DNA from: Candidatus Nomurabacteria bacterium
Lineage (GTDB): Bacteria; Patescibacteriota; Dojkabacteria; SC72; JAHDCA01
Direction: 5' to 3'
NCBI GenBank assembly: GCA_020632395.1
Contig: JACKFQ010000001.1
Location: forward strand, 313,900 to 377,899
DNA: 64,000 bases
The notes under the pieces are model-generated. The model was given only the letters and a program-made list of their open reading frames with translations, was not told the DNA's origin and did no database searches. Both the position numbers and the translations under genes were made by a program. This document shows positions 37,077 to 49,850 of this stretch, one piece after another. The first letter of the stretch is position 1; every line of letters begins with the position of its first letter.

Positions 37077-39782
37077 TTAGCTTTTTAGTAACCTCACAAC
37101 CTCCTCTGGATGTACAGCATACTCTTGTGCACGCTCCATTGTTATCACATTCTCTCTAACTAGTTTCACCAAGGAGTGTTCTAGAGAGATCATTCCCATA
37201 TCAGCACTTGTTCTAATGACATTATCGATCTGATGGTTCTTGGATTCTCTTATCAGGTTTCGAATTGCTGGTGTAGCTAACATGATCTCAGAAACAGCCC
37301 TCCTACCACCCGCACTAATCGGGATCAATCTCTGTGCGATCACCGCTTCGATCGTATTGGAGAGTTGTGATCTAACCTGGGCTTGCTGATGTTCAGGAAA
37401 CACATCAATTATACGATCGATAGTTTGCGAGGCGCTATTTGTATGTAATGTCGCAAATACAAGATGACCAGTTTCAGCCAGAGTGATCGCTGAAGATATC
37501 GTATCAAAATCACGCATCTCACCGACAAGCATTACATCAGGATCCTGCCTTAATGCACTTTTTAGTGCAATCTCCCAAGAGTGGGTGTCCTCATGGAGTT
37601 CTCTCTGATCGACCATAGACATCCCCTTAGGAAATACATACTCAACAGGATCTTCGATCGTAATGATATGATCAGGTCTGGATTCATTTATCTCCTGCAG
37701 GATGGCTGCGAGAGTCGTACTCTTTCCACTTCCGGTAGGACCTGTCACAAGAACCAACCCTTGCCTTAGCTTCGTTATCTGATGAAACACCTGGGGAAGT
37801 TTCAGTTCATCAATACTTCTGATCTTATTTGGGATTAGTCGGAATGCACCTGCAAGTGTCTGCTGTTGGTAATAAGCATTTATCCTGAATCTAGCAGTTC
37901 CTCTATGTGAATATGCAAGATCGACCTCACGATTCACTTCGAGTAATTCCTTCTTCTGTTCAGGAAGGACGGGTAAGATCAAGTCGAGAACCTGCTCAGG
38001 TGTTACAACTTCTTCGATAACATTTATCAACTGACCGTCAACTCTGATCATCGCAGGATAGCCGACAGATAGATGAAGGTCAGATGCATCACGCTCCATC
38101 ACGATGTCGAGAAGCTGTTCTATAGTATATGGATAGCGTCCCTTCGATGTGAGTACTGGAGTAGGGGAATTATCTTTTGCTGCAAGTTCAGCTACTGTAG
38201 GTCCATGTACCTGATCAGCCATGGGCACCTCAGTAATTGGTGTGGGTTCTATTAACTGTTCAATGCTAGGTCCTGAGTCAGCTGCGGTAACTTTTTGTTC
38301 GACCGGATCAATACTTTTTGTTTTTGATATTGGCTCAGATAGTACAGGTGATACACCCATCTGAGTAGTTTCATTTGGCATAGAACTACCCATCATGGGA
38401 TCATTTGGAATAGTGATCGTGGAAATATCTTCTAGCGAGGTGTTTGGTGTGGGGATATCATTCATCTCTGTACCTCCACCCATATTCGGATCCATTTGAA
38501 CGAAGTTCATTTCGGGCATGGTCACCTGTTTCCTCATCCCTTGAATATTTCCGGTCTCAACTTTAGTCTCAGGAGCCGTATCATTTGATGCGTTGAGATC
38601 TGGTACGGTCTTAGAAGATCCCATCGTTATTGAGGATACCGGATCTGCTACAGCTGGGTCTGCCGGAGTTGAACCTATTGGTGTCTGATCTGCTACAGCT
38701 GGGTCTGCCGGAGTTGAGATCTTTGGAGTGGGGCTTGCTAATGTTGGGTCTGCCACGTTTGTGACTACTACGGTTGGATCTACTGCATTAGGTCCCACCA
38801 CAGTCGGATCTGATAAAGTTGAGCCTCCTAACACCAGATCTTGAGGGTCAGGCATCTTTGTAGTTGACGCACTCTCATCGGACAATGTAGCTGTCGGGTC
38901 ATGCGATCCTTCAATCTGACCTGAAACTGTATCTTTGTTCGATTTCTCATTAGCAATCTCATCAATCTTCTCGGGCTTAACTGTTTTATCAGATCTCTCA
39001 AAACTTTGCGCAGGAAGATCAGTAGAGTCGCCTTTATCCATAAGCTTATCCTTATCTATAGGTGCTACAAGTTTCTCATCCTTCAGATCAGTAATATCCG
39101 ACGACGCTATTTTATCTCCCATGGATGATACATCATCATCTTTATTTGATAGAGCTTTCGCAGTACCGTCCGATCCAACTACAGAAGTAGACTTAACTAC
39201 ACCTTGTGGATCTTTGACCTGTGTCATATCCGAAACCGTTCTATTTGGTGTCGTGTTATCTGAATCATTTTTCGAATCTGAATCCGATCCCTCAGACTCT
39301 ATCAGACCACCACTTAAGTTAGAGAGTTTTTTTGCAAGAGATCTTAGAGGATTCTTACTTTTTGTATTCTCTACAGACTGGATCTTTGGTGAACCAAATG
39401 TTGGAGGTGCGATAGTTGATGAGGCGCTATCATTCACAACTTTATCACTTATAGATTTATCCTCAGAAGATTTCTTGTCGTCTAGCGGGGTAGCGTTATC
39501 CGATGGAGTCGAGTTGGGGGAATTGTTGGTAGAGTTGAGATCTGCCATAGGATCATTTATCGAGGTGTGAGAGAGTTGAGACATTTGACTATCAAGATCG
39601 ACTGGCTTACTTACTGCAACAGGAGCAGTCGGAGGGAGTTGGGCTGCAAGTTGTTCGTCTAATTTAGGATCTACTTGAGTAGACGACACATGAGATGGCT
39701 GAGAAACCGAGCCCGGAGTAGCACCGACAGTAGGGTAAGAGAAGTTAGCAAACGCTTGATCATTATTACTATTAGGATCCAT
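37077..39782 (-). CDS. pilT: PilT-like retraction ATPase carrying a ~520 aa low-complexity N-terminal extension
   Basis: C-terminal 370 aa: ASDLHLSVGYPAMIRVDGQL, Walker A GPTGSGKSTTLAAIL, Asp box IITIEDPVEY, His box FATLHTNSA, TIDRIIDVF. The N-terminal 1-525 is S/T/P/D-rich with repeats (TPADPAVADQTP x2, DPTVV x3). Confidence 0.8.
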   Translation of the reverse strand: MDPNSNNDQAFANFSYPTVGATPGSVSQPSHVSSTQVDPKLDEQLAAQLPPTAPVAVSKPVDLDSQMSQLSHTSINDPMADLNSTNNSPNSTPSDNATPLDDKKSSEDKSISDKVVNDSASSTIAPPTFGSPKIQSVENTKSKNPLRSLAKKLSNLSGGLIESEGSDSDSKNDSDNTTPNRTVSDMTQVKDPQGVVKSTSVVGSDGTAKALSNKDDDVSSMGDKIASSDITDLKDEKLVAPIDKDKLMDKGDSTDLPAQSFERSDKTVKPEKIDEIANEKSNKDTVSGQIEGSHDPTATLSDESASTTKMPDPQDLVLGGSTLSDPTVVGPNAVDPTVVVTNVADPTLASPTPKISTPADPAVADQTPIGSTPADPAVADPVSSITMGSSKTVPDLNASNDTAPETKVETGNIQGMRKQVTMPEMNFVQMDPNMGGGTEMNDIPTPNTSLEDISTITIPNDPMMGSSMPNETTQMGVSPVLSEPISKTKSIDPVEQKVTAADSGPSIEQLIEPTPITEVPMADQVHGPTVAELAAKDNSPTPVLTSKGRYPYTIEQLLDIVMERDASDLHLSVGYPAMIRVDGQLINVIEEVVTPEQVLDLILPVLPEQKKELLEVNREVDLAYSHRGTARFRINAYYQQQTLAGAFRLIPNKIRSIDELKLPQVFHQITKLRQGLVLVTGPTGSGKSTTLAAILQEINESRPDHIITIEDPVEYVFPKGMSMVDQRELHEDTHSWEIALKSALRQDPDVMLVGEMRDFDTISSAITLAETGHLVFATLHTNSASQTIDRIIDVFPEHQQAQVRSQLSNTIEAVIAQRLIPISAGGRRAVSEIMLATPAIRNLIRESKNHQIDNVIRTSADMGMISLEHSLVKLVRENVITMERAQEYAVHPEEVVRLLKS

Positions 39783-40066
39783 CTGGGCAGTCCATAAACT
39801 TACATAAACAATTTTTCAATCCTTTTACCACTATAAATGAATGACAACACATTTTCAAAACCTATAAAATAGCCTAATAGTCATCATGCTATAACTGGGT
39901 ATCAAAACTAGCTTGAATTGTTATCAATAGTTTTCAGATCCAGATCACCGACACCTCTTATCGTATTACCTCAATATTCTGTTCTATTAAGATAGCTCAT
40001 ACAGGTACAGGATTTTACTCTGAATGGGGTATCATACAGTAGGATGTAGGTTTTTTAACCGAGTTG

Positions 40067-41896
40067 CTACTCTTTTGATACTCTCAATACTTCCTCAATA
40101 CTAGTCAATCCCTCAATAGCCTTAAGATAACCATCTTGTATCATTGTGATCATTCCAGAATCAATAGCTGCTTGTTCCATATCCCTATCAGTAGACTTCT
40201 TCATGATCATATCGTTGATGTTATGATCGATCTTCATCACCTCAAAGATACCTATCCTACCTTGATAACCAGTACCATTACATCTTTGACACCCATTCCC
40301 GTGATATAGATAGATCTGTGGTGTCCCGTCAGGAGCGGTGTCTGGTGCTTTCATCTGCTGTAGATGATCTGGTGCGCCTTCTTTACCTGCTTGTTGAGCT
40401 AATTGTGAGAGATAGGCTACTATATCAAGATTCTTGATAGACCCCAGCACCTCTTTTATATTTGCCAATACCTCAGGACTTGAAGGTGTAGCAACCATAC
40501 ATTCACGACAGATCCTTCTAGGAAGTCTTTGTGCCATCGAGATCCTCATGGTCGAAGCCAATAGATAGTTCTCAATTCCCATATCCAGCAATCTTGGTAT
40601 AGCAGCAGCAGCACTGTTGGTATGCAAAGTTGCTAGAACGAGGTGACCGGTTAGCGATGCCTCTACAGCTAGATGGGCGGTTTCCTCATCTCGGATCTCA
40701 CCAACCATTATGATATCAGGGTCTTGTCTAAGGATAGAGCGTAAACCAAGAGCAAAAGTAAGGCCAGCTTGAGGATTGACCTGAACTTGAGTGACACCGG
40801 GTATGCGGATCTCGACGGGATTTTCTACTGTGATGATATTTACCTTTGGATCATTCAGACGACTCAATGCACCTGCAAGAGTACGGGTCTTACCACTACC
40901 TGTAGGACCAGTCACAAGTATTATCCCATTAGTCGCACTTAGACCCTCTACAAATAGCTGATATCCTGTACCTCTCAAGCCAGAAGTTTCTAAAGCAGGG
41001 ACACCCTGTGATCCGTCAAGTAGACGCATAACTACCTTTTCGCCATTTATTGATGGAAGGGTACTCACACGAACATCAAACTTCAGATCGCCACTCTTTA
41101 TCTGAAGCCTACCATCCTGCGGAACTCTTTTCTCATCTATCTTCAATTCTGACATGATCTTCAACCTCGCTACTACCGGATCTTTTAGATTCTTTGGAAG
41201 AACGAGCTTCTCTACCATCACACCGTGTATCCTAAACCGTATCCTCATCTGGGTTTCTTGAGGTTCGATATGAATATCCGATGCTTGAGATTTGATAGCA
41301 TATTGAAGTATTGAATTTACGATCCTTGCAACAGGAGCATTTTGTAATTTGATACTATCGAAAGTATCGTCAGGTGTTTCCTCAAGCTCTGTGACAGGCA
41401 TATCGACATCTTCCAAAGCATCCGAAACCTCCGAGGAGATCAACCCTCCGATATTACTATCAAGTATAAAATCTACCCCTTCACGAGTTGCGATATGTAC
41501 TAGAACCCTTCCACCATGTTTCGGCTTTAGAAGGTTTTCTAGGGCTTGGATAGCTTGTATGTCAAACGGATCAGACATAGCAACCTTGATGACATGTCCT
41601 GCTTTTTGGAAGGGAACCGCATGATAACGCTTGAGCTTTTCTACACTAACAGAGGAGAACACACTGTCCTCCAACTGTATTGTTTTTAAGTCAACATAGG
41701 GGATGTTGAACATCTCTGACTTTGCTCGAGCAACATCCTCCGAACCAACAAATCCCTTCTCCAACAAAAGTGCTTCTTCTGACTTGGAGGAGGTTGTTAA
41801 TTCAACACGAACCTCATCAGCCTGTTCTTTAGTTATCTTGGCGATATTTTCGAAATAGTCTACTAACCTTGTCGAATTCAATGAAGTGGGCAGCAA
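40067..41896 (-). CDS. pilB: Type IV pilus assembly ATPase PilB (GspE family)
   Basis: N-terminal GSPII_E_N domain. Walker A GPTGSGKTRTLAG. Asp/His boxes (IITVENPVE, LATLHTNSAAAAI). C-terminal tetracysteine CRECM...CQRCNGTG. Confidence 0.9.
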   Translation of the reverse strand: MLPTSLNSTRLVDYFENIAKITKEQADEVRVELTTSSKSEEALLLEKGFVGSEDVARAKSEMFNIPYVDLKTIQLEDSVFSSVSVEKLKRYHAVPFQKAGHVIKVAMSDPFDIQAIQALENLLKPKHGGRVLVHIATREGVDFILDSNIGGLISSEVSDALEDVDMPVTELEETPDDTFDSIKLQNAPVARIVNSILQYAIKSQASDIHIEPQETQMRIRFRIHGVMVEKLVLPKNLKDPVVARLKIMSELKIDEKRVPQDGRLQIKSGDLKFDVRVSTLPSINGEKVVMRLLDGSQGVPALETSGLRGTGYQLFVEGLSATNGIILVTGPTGSGKTRTLAGALSRLNDPKVNIITVENPVEIRIPGVTQVQVNPQAGLTFALGLRSILRQDPDIIMVGEIRDEETAHLAVEASLTGHLVLATLHTNSAAAAIPRLLDMGIENYLLASTMRISMAQRLPRRICRECMVATPSSPEVLANIKEVLGSIKNLDIVAYLSQLAQQAGKEGAPDHLQQMKAPDTAPDGTPQIYLYHGNGCQRCNGTGYQGRIGIFEVMKIDHNINDMIMKKSTDRDMEQAAIDSGMITMIQDGYLKAIEGLTSIEEVLRVSKE

Positions 41897-42046
41897 TCTT
41901 AAAAATATTCTCTCTCAATATACAGAGTATCCTTCTCAAAAGCGCAAGTCAAACTGTTTGTTTCGGGGAGTTCATACAGTTGCATTAACCACATTGGTAT
42001 AAATTTTAAAGAAGTATTGATAAGTGGCTCGTAGTCGGCTAAAGTC

Positions 42047-42775
42047 ATGTGGATGACATATCTCCTAATTCACCACAAAGTGCAAAAAAGACGGGATCAC
42101 CTTCTCAAGATGGCTGAAGAGCTTATGAGCAGACAATACAACAGTATCTCTGATCTTCTTTCAGACCCTGACATACATTACATAGATCATCCTCAGCATG
42201 TAAGCATCAAGCTAGATGAGGTCAAAGCTCTCTTGAAAGAGATCGTCTACAAACCTTTTTCTGGCAATCAACAGCTAGCTGTAATATTCCATGCACACAT
42301 GCTCACAGTCGAAGCCCAGAACGCCTTACTTAAAAGCCTTGAGGAGCAAACCGATGCAACTTCTTTCTTACTCCTAGTAAACAATGAGAATAGTGTATTA
42401 CCAACGATCGTATCACGATCCAACAAAGTGTATGTGATGGATGACCCAGACAAAGAGGATATCCTCGAAGATCTACCAATATCACCTTTACTGGATCTAT
42501 CCCTGATAGATCAATTCAATGAGATAGAGAAGTTAGTAGAAAGTGATAAAGAGGAGAAAGGTGTTATCAAAACAGCTTTATCAAGTCTACTACAGCAGTT
42601 AAGAGTAGAACTCCAAGAAAGCATTGCGCACGGTCCAGAGGAGATGAAGATCGTTAATGACCAGATAAAGACAGTAATTGTAGCTTCCGAGAGATACGAC
42701 GCGAATGTAAATAAAAAATTACTACTAGAAAATATGTGTCTTCAACTCCATCGGATACGTGATCGAAAGGGTTGA
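42047..42775 (+). CDS. DNA polymerase III delta-prime-like clamp-loader subunit (N-terminally short)
   Basis: AQNALLKSLEEQ...LPTIVSRSNKV matches the clamp-loader LLKTLEEPP...TIxSRC sensor motif. No Walker A is present. Confidence 0.45.
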   Translation: MWMTYLLIHHKVQKRRDHLLKMAEELMSRQYNSISDLLSDPDIHYIDHPQHVSIKLDEVKALLKEIVYKPFSGNQQLAVIFHAHMLTVEAQNALLKSLEEQTDATSFLLLVNNENSVLPTIVSRSNKVYVMDDPDKEDILEDLPISPLLDLSLIDQFNEIEKLVESDKEEKGVIKTALSSLLQQLRVELQESIAHGPEEMKIVNDQIKTVIVASERYDANVNKKLLLENMCLQLHRIRDRKG

Positions 42776-42913
42776 ACCAGGTATGCTTCTCCAGAACTGT
42801 TATGATAATAATGATATTTGCTAAGAACTCTCAATATTTGCTAACATCTCAGCTGAGTCATAAATGACAAAGGTCGTACTCCTTGTCTATTAGTGTATAA
42901 TCACATCGAATGA

Positions 42914-45022
<2,109 letters not shown>

Positions 45023-45172
45023 AAAACACCTTTGCAATAGGTTTTTAGCCAGTACACGCTTAGTTTTGAAGATTTGTAAAATTTTCATTTCCCATTGATG
45101 ATAATTATAGTCTTGGTCGAATGGATACGGTATGATGGTATAATTATTTCATAATTTTATTATCTTTTCACA

Positions 45173-45973
45173 ATGAGAATTGATATACAGAAGGCTTTGA
45201 AGTATATCTTCGATGATCAAGATTGGATCATGAAGGTCGGAATACTTATCGTTGTATTTGCAGTGGTCTCCTTTCTTACTCAGATCATGAATATTGGAGG
45301 TTCAGTGATTACAAATATTGGTGATACTGGGTTATTTGAGAATTCAACGATATCAGGAATAATACCTCTCATTACTCAAATGACCGTATCCGCAAGCGTT
45401 ATGATAATTAGTTTGCCGGTCACTATATATATTTCAGGTTATTCATTAGAAACAACTTTAAATGTGATGAATGGTAAAGCATCACCTTTACCAGATCATA
45501 ATAATTTGGGGTATAAGTTAAGATTATGGTTGGGCAACTTTGTTATCGGACTAGCTCCTAAAGCTATAACCGCGACCCTTGCTCTGATACTGATCGTTCC
45601 TCTGGCAATATTGATCAGTATTAATTGGGATTCTTCGAGTGTCGGCATTTGGGTTCTTTTGATGATATTTGCAATCTTTATTGTTGGGATAGTTGACTTT
45701 TTCATCAACTCGCTTATCAGACGTTCTATGACCTATCTTTTCCTTAAGTCTGGCTCCATTTCTGGGGCGTTTAATTTTCGGGAGGTCATGAAAATATCGA
45801 GGATGTGGTGGAAGGATCTTCTTCTGGTAGCACTTATCGGTATATTAGCGATATTTGTGATCTGGATTGTTGGAGTTATGTCGTGTTTCTTTTCATTTAT
45901 TGTTTCACCTGCTTTGAATGTGCTGTACTTATTGTTTATGGCCCATTTGATAGGGCAAGTCTATTCCCGCTAA
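45173..45973 (+). CDS. Polytopic integral membrane protein of unknown function
   Basis: 266 aa with 6-7 predicted TM helices. No catalytic motifs. Flanked by both repeat arrays. Confidence 0.4.
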   Translation: MRIDIQKALKYIFDDQDWIMKVGILIVVFAVVSFLTQIMNIGGSVITNIGDTGLFENSTISGIIPLITQMTVSASVMIISLPVTIYISGYSLETTLNVMNGKASPLPDHNNLGYKLRLWLGNFVIGLAPKAITATLALILIVPLAILISINWDSSSVGIWVLLMIFAIFIVGIVDFFINSLIRRSMTYLFLKSGSISGAFNFREVMKISRMWWKDLLLVALIGILAIFVIWIVGVMSCFFSFIVSPALNVLYLLFMAHLIGQVYSR

Positions 45974-46159
45974 CTTATAGTCGGAGGGAGATTAAAGATA
46001 TGTGAGACCTGATCGTAGAGTCTTCTATTGTCCGTTGTAGATGATCCTGGCTTATGAATTTCTGCTATAAGAATGGTCTGCTAACGTATTGCATCCTGTG
46101 TTGATAGCATTCTGGTGCACCTCTTCAGGCCGAATTATTTACTGAACCCAGGTAAAAAA

Positions 46160-46444
46160 GCTCAACGCGGTTTTAACTGCTCAACGCGGATCCACCGGCT
46201 CAATACAGTTTCAGTTGCTCAACACAATTTCAACGGCTCAACCCGGAGCTATCAGCTCAACCCGGATCTATCAGCTCAACCCGGATCTATCAGCTCAGCT
46301 CGTATCTATCAGCTCAATCCGGTTCTACAAGCTCAGTTCGGATCCACCGGCACAGCACGTATCTATCAGCTCAATCCGGTTCTACAAGCTCAGTTCGGAT
46401 CCACCGGCTCAGCACGTATCTATCAGCTCAGCTCGAGTGAAAAT
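46160..46444. repeat. Array of 15 tandem 19 bp repeats (consensus GCTCAAYCCGGWTCTATCA) upstream of gyrA
   Basis: The period is exactly 19 nt from 46160 (GCTCAACGCGGTTTTAACT) through 46426. Internal 57 bp and 60 bp higher-order copies occur. Open in two frames only because 3x19=57. Confidence 0.85.
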
Positions 46445-46707
46445 ATTCAAACCAGGTATAACCGCTCGGATGGGATGGAACTCTTCTATATTGACGTTTT
46501 TGGGAAGATAGAGGAGAGGAGGAAGAGTCGATAAGTTCCGAATATGACGGAGTTTTGTAAAAGCTCATGACGATGCAAAAATATTCAGTAAGATAGTGCT
46601 CAAATTAAGGTATAATGCGTGAGGATATAAGCTATTTCACTTAAGCTAGGCTTTGTTGTATGATTGAGCCTGGTCAATAAGTAAGATCGAAAATTCAATA
46701 ACAAATC

Positions 46708-49683
46708 ATGGCGGAGAAAACCAAAAAGAAAGATAGTACTGTAAAAAAGGAACTATTAAAGAGGGCAGAAGTAACAGAACCTCAAGAGACTGCTGTAGAA
46801 GCAGAAGAAGATTCAACAAATGACACAAAGATCAATACTGATGATCCAAAAGAAGTAGATGTACAAGAGGCTGAAAACGATGCTGAAGCATCTGTATTGG
46901 AGACTGCAGATGGGGGAGTAGGAGAGGTCGGACAACCATTCGAAGCATATGCACCTATGTATCAACCCGGAGAGATAGTAGAAAGATCTATCGTCAAAGA
47001 GATGCGTGCCAGCTATCTAGATTATTCGATGTCAGTCATCGTAGCTCGAGCATTACCCGAATCAAAAGATGGATTAAAGCCTTCACAAAGGCGGATCCTG
47101 GTGGCGATGAATGACTTGAACCTGAATCCTTCGGCTCATTATAGAAAAAGTGCCAAGATCGCAGGTGATACATCTGGAAACTATCATCCTCACGGGGAGT
47201 CAATAGTATATCCAACGATGGTGAAATTAGCTCAAGAATTCAGTACAAGATATCCATTGGTTGATGGTCAAGGTAATTTTGGATCTATCGACGGAGATCC
47301 TCCAGCAGCTATGCGTTATACAGAAGCACGAATGGAGAAGATCACAAGCATGATGCTACAGGATCTCGAGAAGGGAACTGTCACCTTCACACCAAACTAT
47401 GACGGTACAAGATTAGAACCAACCGTATTACCAACGATATTTCCAAATCTCATATGTAATGGGAGTGATGGAATTGCAGTAGGTATGGCAACAAAGATCC
47501 CTCCACACAATCTGACAGAGATAGTCACAGCATTACGAGCAATGATAAAAAAAGGTAATAAGTGGGAGGGTACAGCCATTTACAATGAATTACGCTTAGC
47601 GAGAGAAAAGGGTGAAAAGATCCCGATGACCCTAAACAGTAAACCATTGGACGTTCTTGAAAATTATGTTCATGCCAATGATGCAGATGCAGAAGAGAAG
47701 CTACAGGCTATAAAGGATCGACTGGTTTCAGATCCAGAAAATGGTGACAGTGCAGTGACATTGTACCCGGATTTTGATAGCGATATCACCCCCGACGAAT
47801 TGTATGAAATGGTACCAGGACCAGACTTCCCGACAGGTGGAACTATCTACAACAAGAGCGAGATCCTAAATGCTTACTCTACAGGTAGAGGGAGGATCTT
47901 GATGAGAGCGAAAGCGACAATAGAAGACGCGAAAAAAGGCGATAAGATGAATATTATCATCACAGAGATCCCATATCAGGTGAATAAAGCAACATTAAAT
48001 ACTCGAATCGCTGATCTCGTTAAAGAAAAGAAGATCATAGGAATATCAGATATTCGTGACGAATCAACAAGTGACGGTATCCGAGTAGTAGTTATACTCA
48101 GATCTAACGCTCAACCTAAAACCGTACTCAACAAGTTGTATAAATATACTCAGATGCAGTTGGCATTTAATGCCAATATGATCTCACTAGTTGACCAAGA
48201 GCCACAAACCTTATCTCTAAAGCGCATGCTAGAGCTATTTCTAGGCTTTCGGATAGAGATAACTATCCGCAGATATGAATTCGACTTGGCTCAAAACCGC
48301 TATCGTGGGCATATCCTAGAGGGGCTACTTAAGGCACTCGATCTATTGGACGAAGTCATTGCGACGATCAGAGCATCCAAAACACAAGAAGAGGCAAAGG
48401 AGAATTTGATAACAAAATTCGACTTCACTGATGTCCAAGCACAAGCGATACTGGATATGCAATTGAGAAGATTAGCCGCATTGGAAAGGGAAAAACTACA
48501 GGATGAATTCAAGCAGGTGACTGAGAATATACTCGAATACAATAAGATCCTTGGAAGTACAGATGAGATCCTAAGGGTTGTGGATGAAGACTTACAGATG
48601 CTTGTAGACAAATATGGTGATGAAAGAAGAACCAAGGTAGTAAAGGGAATGGTTGATGAGATCTCGGAAGAGGATCTGGTAGCAAATGTAGAAACATTCG
48701 TGACCATAAGCCACCAAGGCTATATTAAGCGACAACCACCTGATACATTCAAGAAGCAGAAACGAGGTGGAAAAGGTGTTGTAGGAGCTACAACTAAGGA
48801 GGATGACTATATAGAACACGCCTTCTCATGCGAAACCCACGATAATCTTATGCTTTTCAGTAATAAGGGTAAGGTGTACAGCATTCGAGTATATGAGATC
48901 CCAGAATTCCAAAGGACAGCAAAGGGATTACCTATGGTCAATTTAGTACAACTTGACCAGGATGAACTGATAACAAGCGTCCTAACATTCGGTAAAGGTG
49001 GTGTCTCGGAGAATGGTGTGATGGGAGAAGATGAGATACAGGAAGAGCAAGTAGAGAAAAAGGTTGTAAGATCGAAGAGCTTCAAGTATCTATTTATGGC
49101 TACCGCAAACGGAACGGTTAAAAAGACAGAGGTCTCAGATTTCGAGAACATCAGATCCACAGGTTTGATATCAATAAAACTTGATGAGGGCGATGAATTA
49201 TTATGGGTGCGACCAACGACTGGTGAGAACGAGATCATACTTGTCACACGAAATGGTCGATCTATACGATTCCATGAGAAAGATGTACGACCGACCGGAA
49301 GAGCGACTATGGGTGTGCGCGGGATCAAATTCAAGGATAAAGATGATCATTTGGTATCGATGAATGCGATCAGATCTGATGAGAACCAGCTTTTCACTCT
49401 CTCTGATAAGGGTTATGGCAAGATGACAAAACTTAAGGATTATCCGACACAGGGTAGGGGTGGGAGTGGAGTATTCACATTTCGGGTGACTGAAAAAACC
49501 GGTAAAGTTGCTGTCGCTAGAGTGATGGATCATCCTAACAGAGAGATCGTGGTGATTTCGGAGGCTGGACAGGTGATACGGTCTGAGATCACTTCAATAC
49601 CAACACTAGGAAGACAAACTTCTGGGGTGAAGGTGATGTCGATGAGGGGAGATGATAGTGTCGCAGCGATGGCGATACTCTGA
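46708..49683 (+). CDS. gyrA: DNA gyrase subunit A
   Basis: [29 protein letters not shown], active-site Tyr region [11 protein letters not shown]-terminal beta-pinwheel repeats. It also has an acidic ~90 aa N-terminal extension and an insertion before PGPDFPTGG. Confidence 0.95.
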   Translation: MAEKTKKKDSTVKKELLKRAEVTEPQETAVEAEEDSTNDTKINTDDPKEVDVQEAENDAEASVLETADGGVGEVGQPFEAYAPMYQPGEIVERSIVKEMRASYLDYSMSVIVARALPESKDGLKPSQRRILVAMNDLNLNPSAHYRKSAKIAGDTSGNYHPHGESIVYPTMVKLAQEFSTRYPLVDGQGNFGSIDGDPPAAMRYTEARMEKITSMMLQDLEKGTVTFTPNYDGTRLEPTVLPTIFPNLICNGSDGIAVGMATKIPPHNLTEIVTALRAMIKKGNKWEGTAIYNELRLAREKGEKIPMTLNSKPLDVLENYVHANDADAEEKLQAIKDRLVSDPENGDSAVTLYPDFDSDITPDELYEMVPGPDFPTGGTIYNKSEILNAYSTGRGRILMRAKATIEDAKKGDKMNIIITEIPYQVNKATLNTRIADLVKEKKIIGISDIRDESTSDGIRVVVILRSNAQPKTVLNKLYKYTQMQLAFNANMISLVDQEPQTLSLKRMLELFLGFRIEITIRRYEFDLAQNRYRGHILEGLLKALDLLDEVIATIRASKTQEEAKENLITKFDFTDVQAQAILDMQLRRLAALEREKLQDEFKQVTENILEYNKILGSTDEILRVVDEDLQMLVDKYGDERRTKVVKGMVDEISEEDLVANVETFVTISHQGYIKRQPPDTFKKQKRGGKGVVGATTKEDDYIEHAFSCETHDNLMLFSNKGKVYSIRVYEIPEFQRTAKGLPMVNLVQLDQDELITSVLTFGKGGVSENGVMGEDEIQEEQVEKKVVRSKSFKYLFMATANGTVKKTEVSDFENIRSTGLISIKLDEGDELLWVRPTTGENEIILVTRNGRSIRFHEKDVRPTGRATMGVRGIKFKDKDDHLVSMNAIRSDENQLFTLSDKGYGKMTKLKDYPTQGRGGSGVFTFRVTEKTGKVAVARVMDHPNREIVVISEAGQVIRSEITSIPTLGRQTSGVKVMSMRGDDSVAAMAIL

Positions 49684-49850
49684 TCCCGCTAACTTATAGT
49701 CGGATATTTTAGTAAATCTGTGAGTTCCAAATAACCAAACATCACAACCTCAACATGAGATTATTCATAGTACGAATAATCAAATATAAAAGTACACTCC
49801 TCTAAATGATGAAACGTTGCGCGCAATAATAACCTATAGTATAATTCGGT

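Noticed and set aside
46115-46534. 139 aa and 98 aa ORFs (46115-46534 and 46215-46511, + strand) encoding repetitive peptides (ARIYQLNPVLQAQFGSTGS...)
   Set aside because: They are entirely generated by the 19 bp tandem repeat (3x19=57 nt keeps two frames open). They have no start context and show none of the codon-usage bias expected for a real gene. Treated as non-coding repeat DNA.
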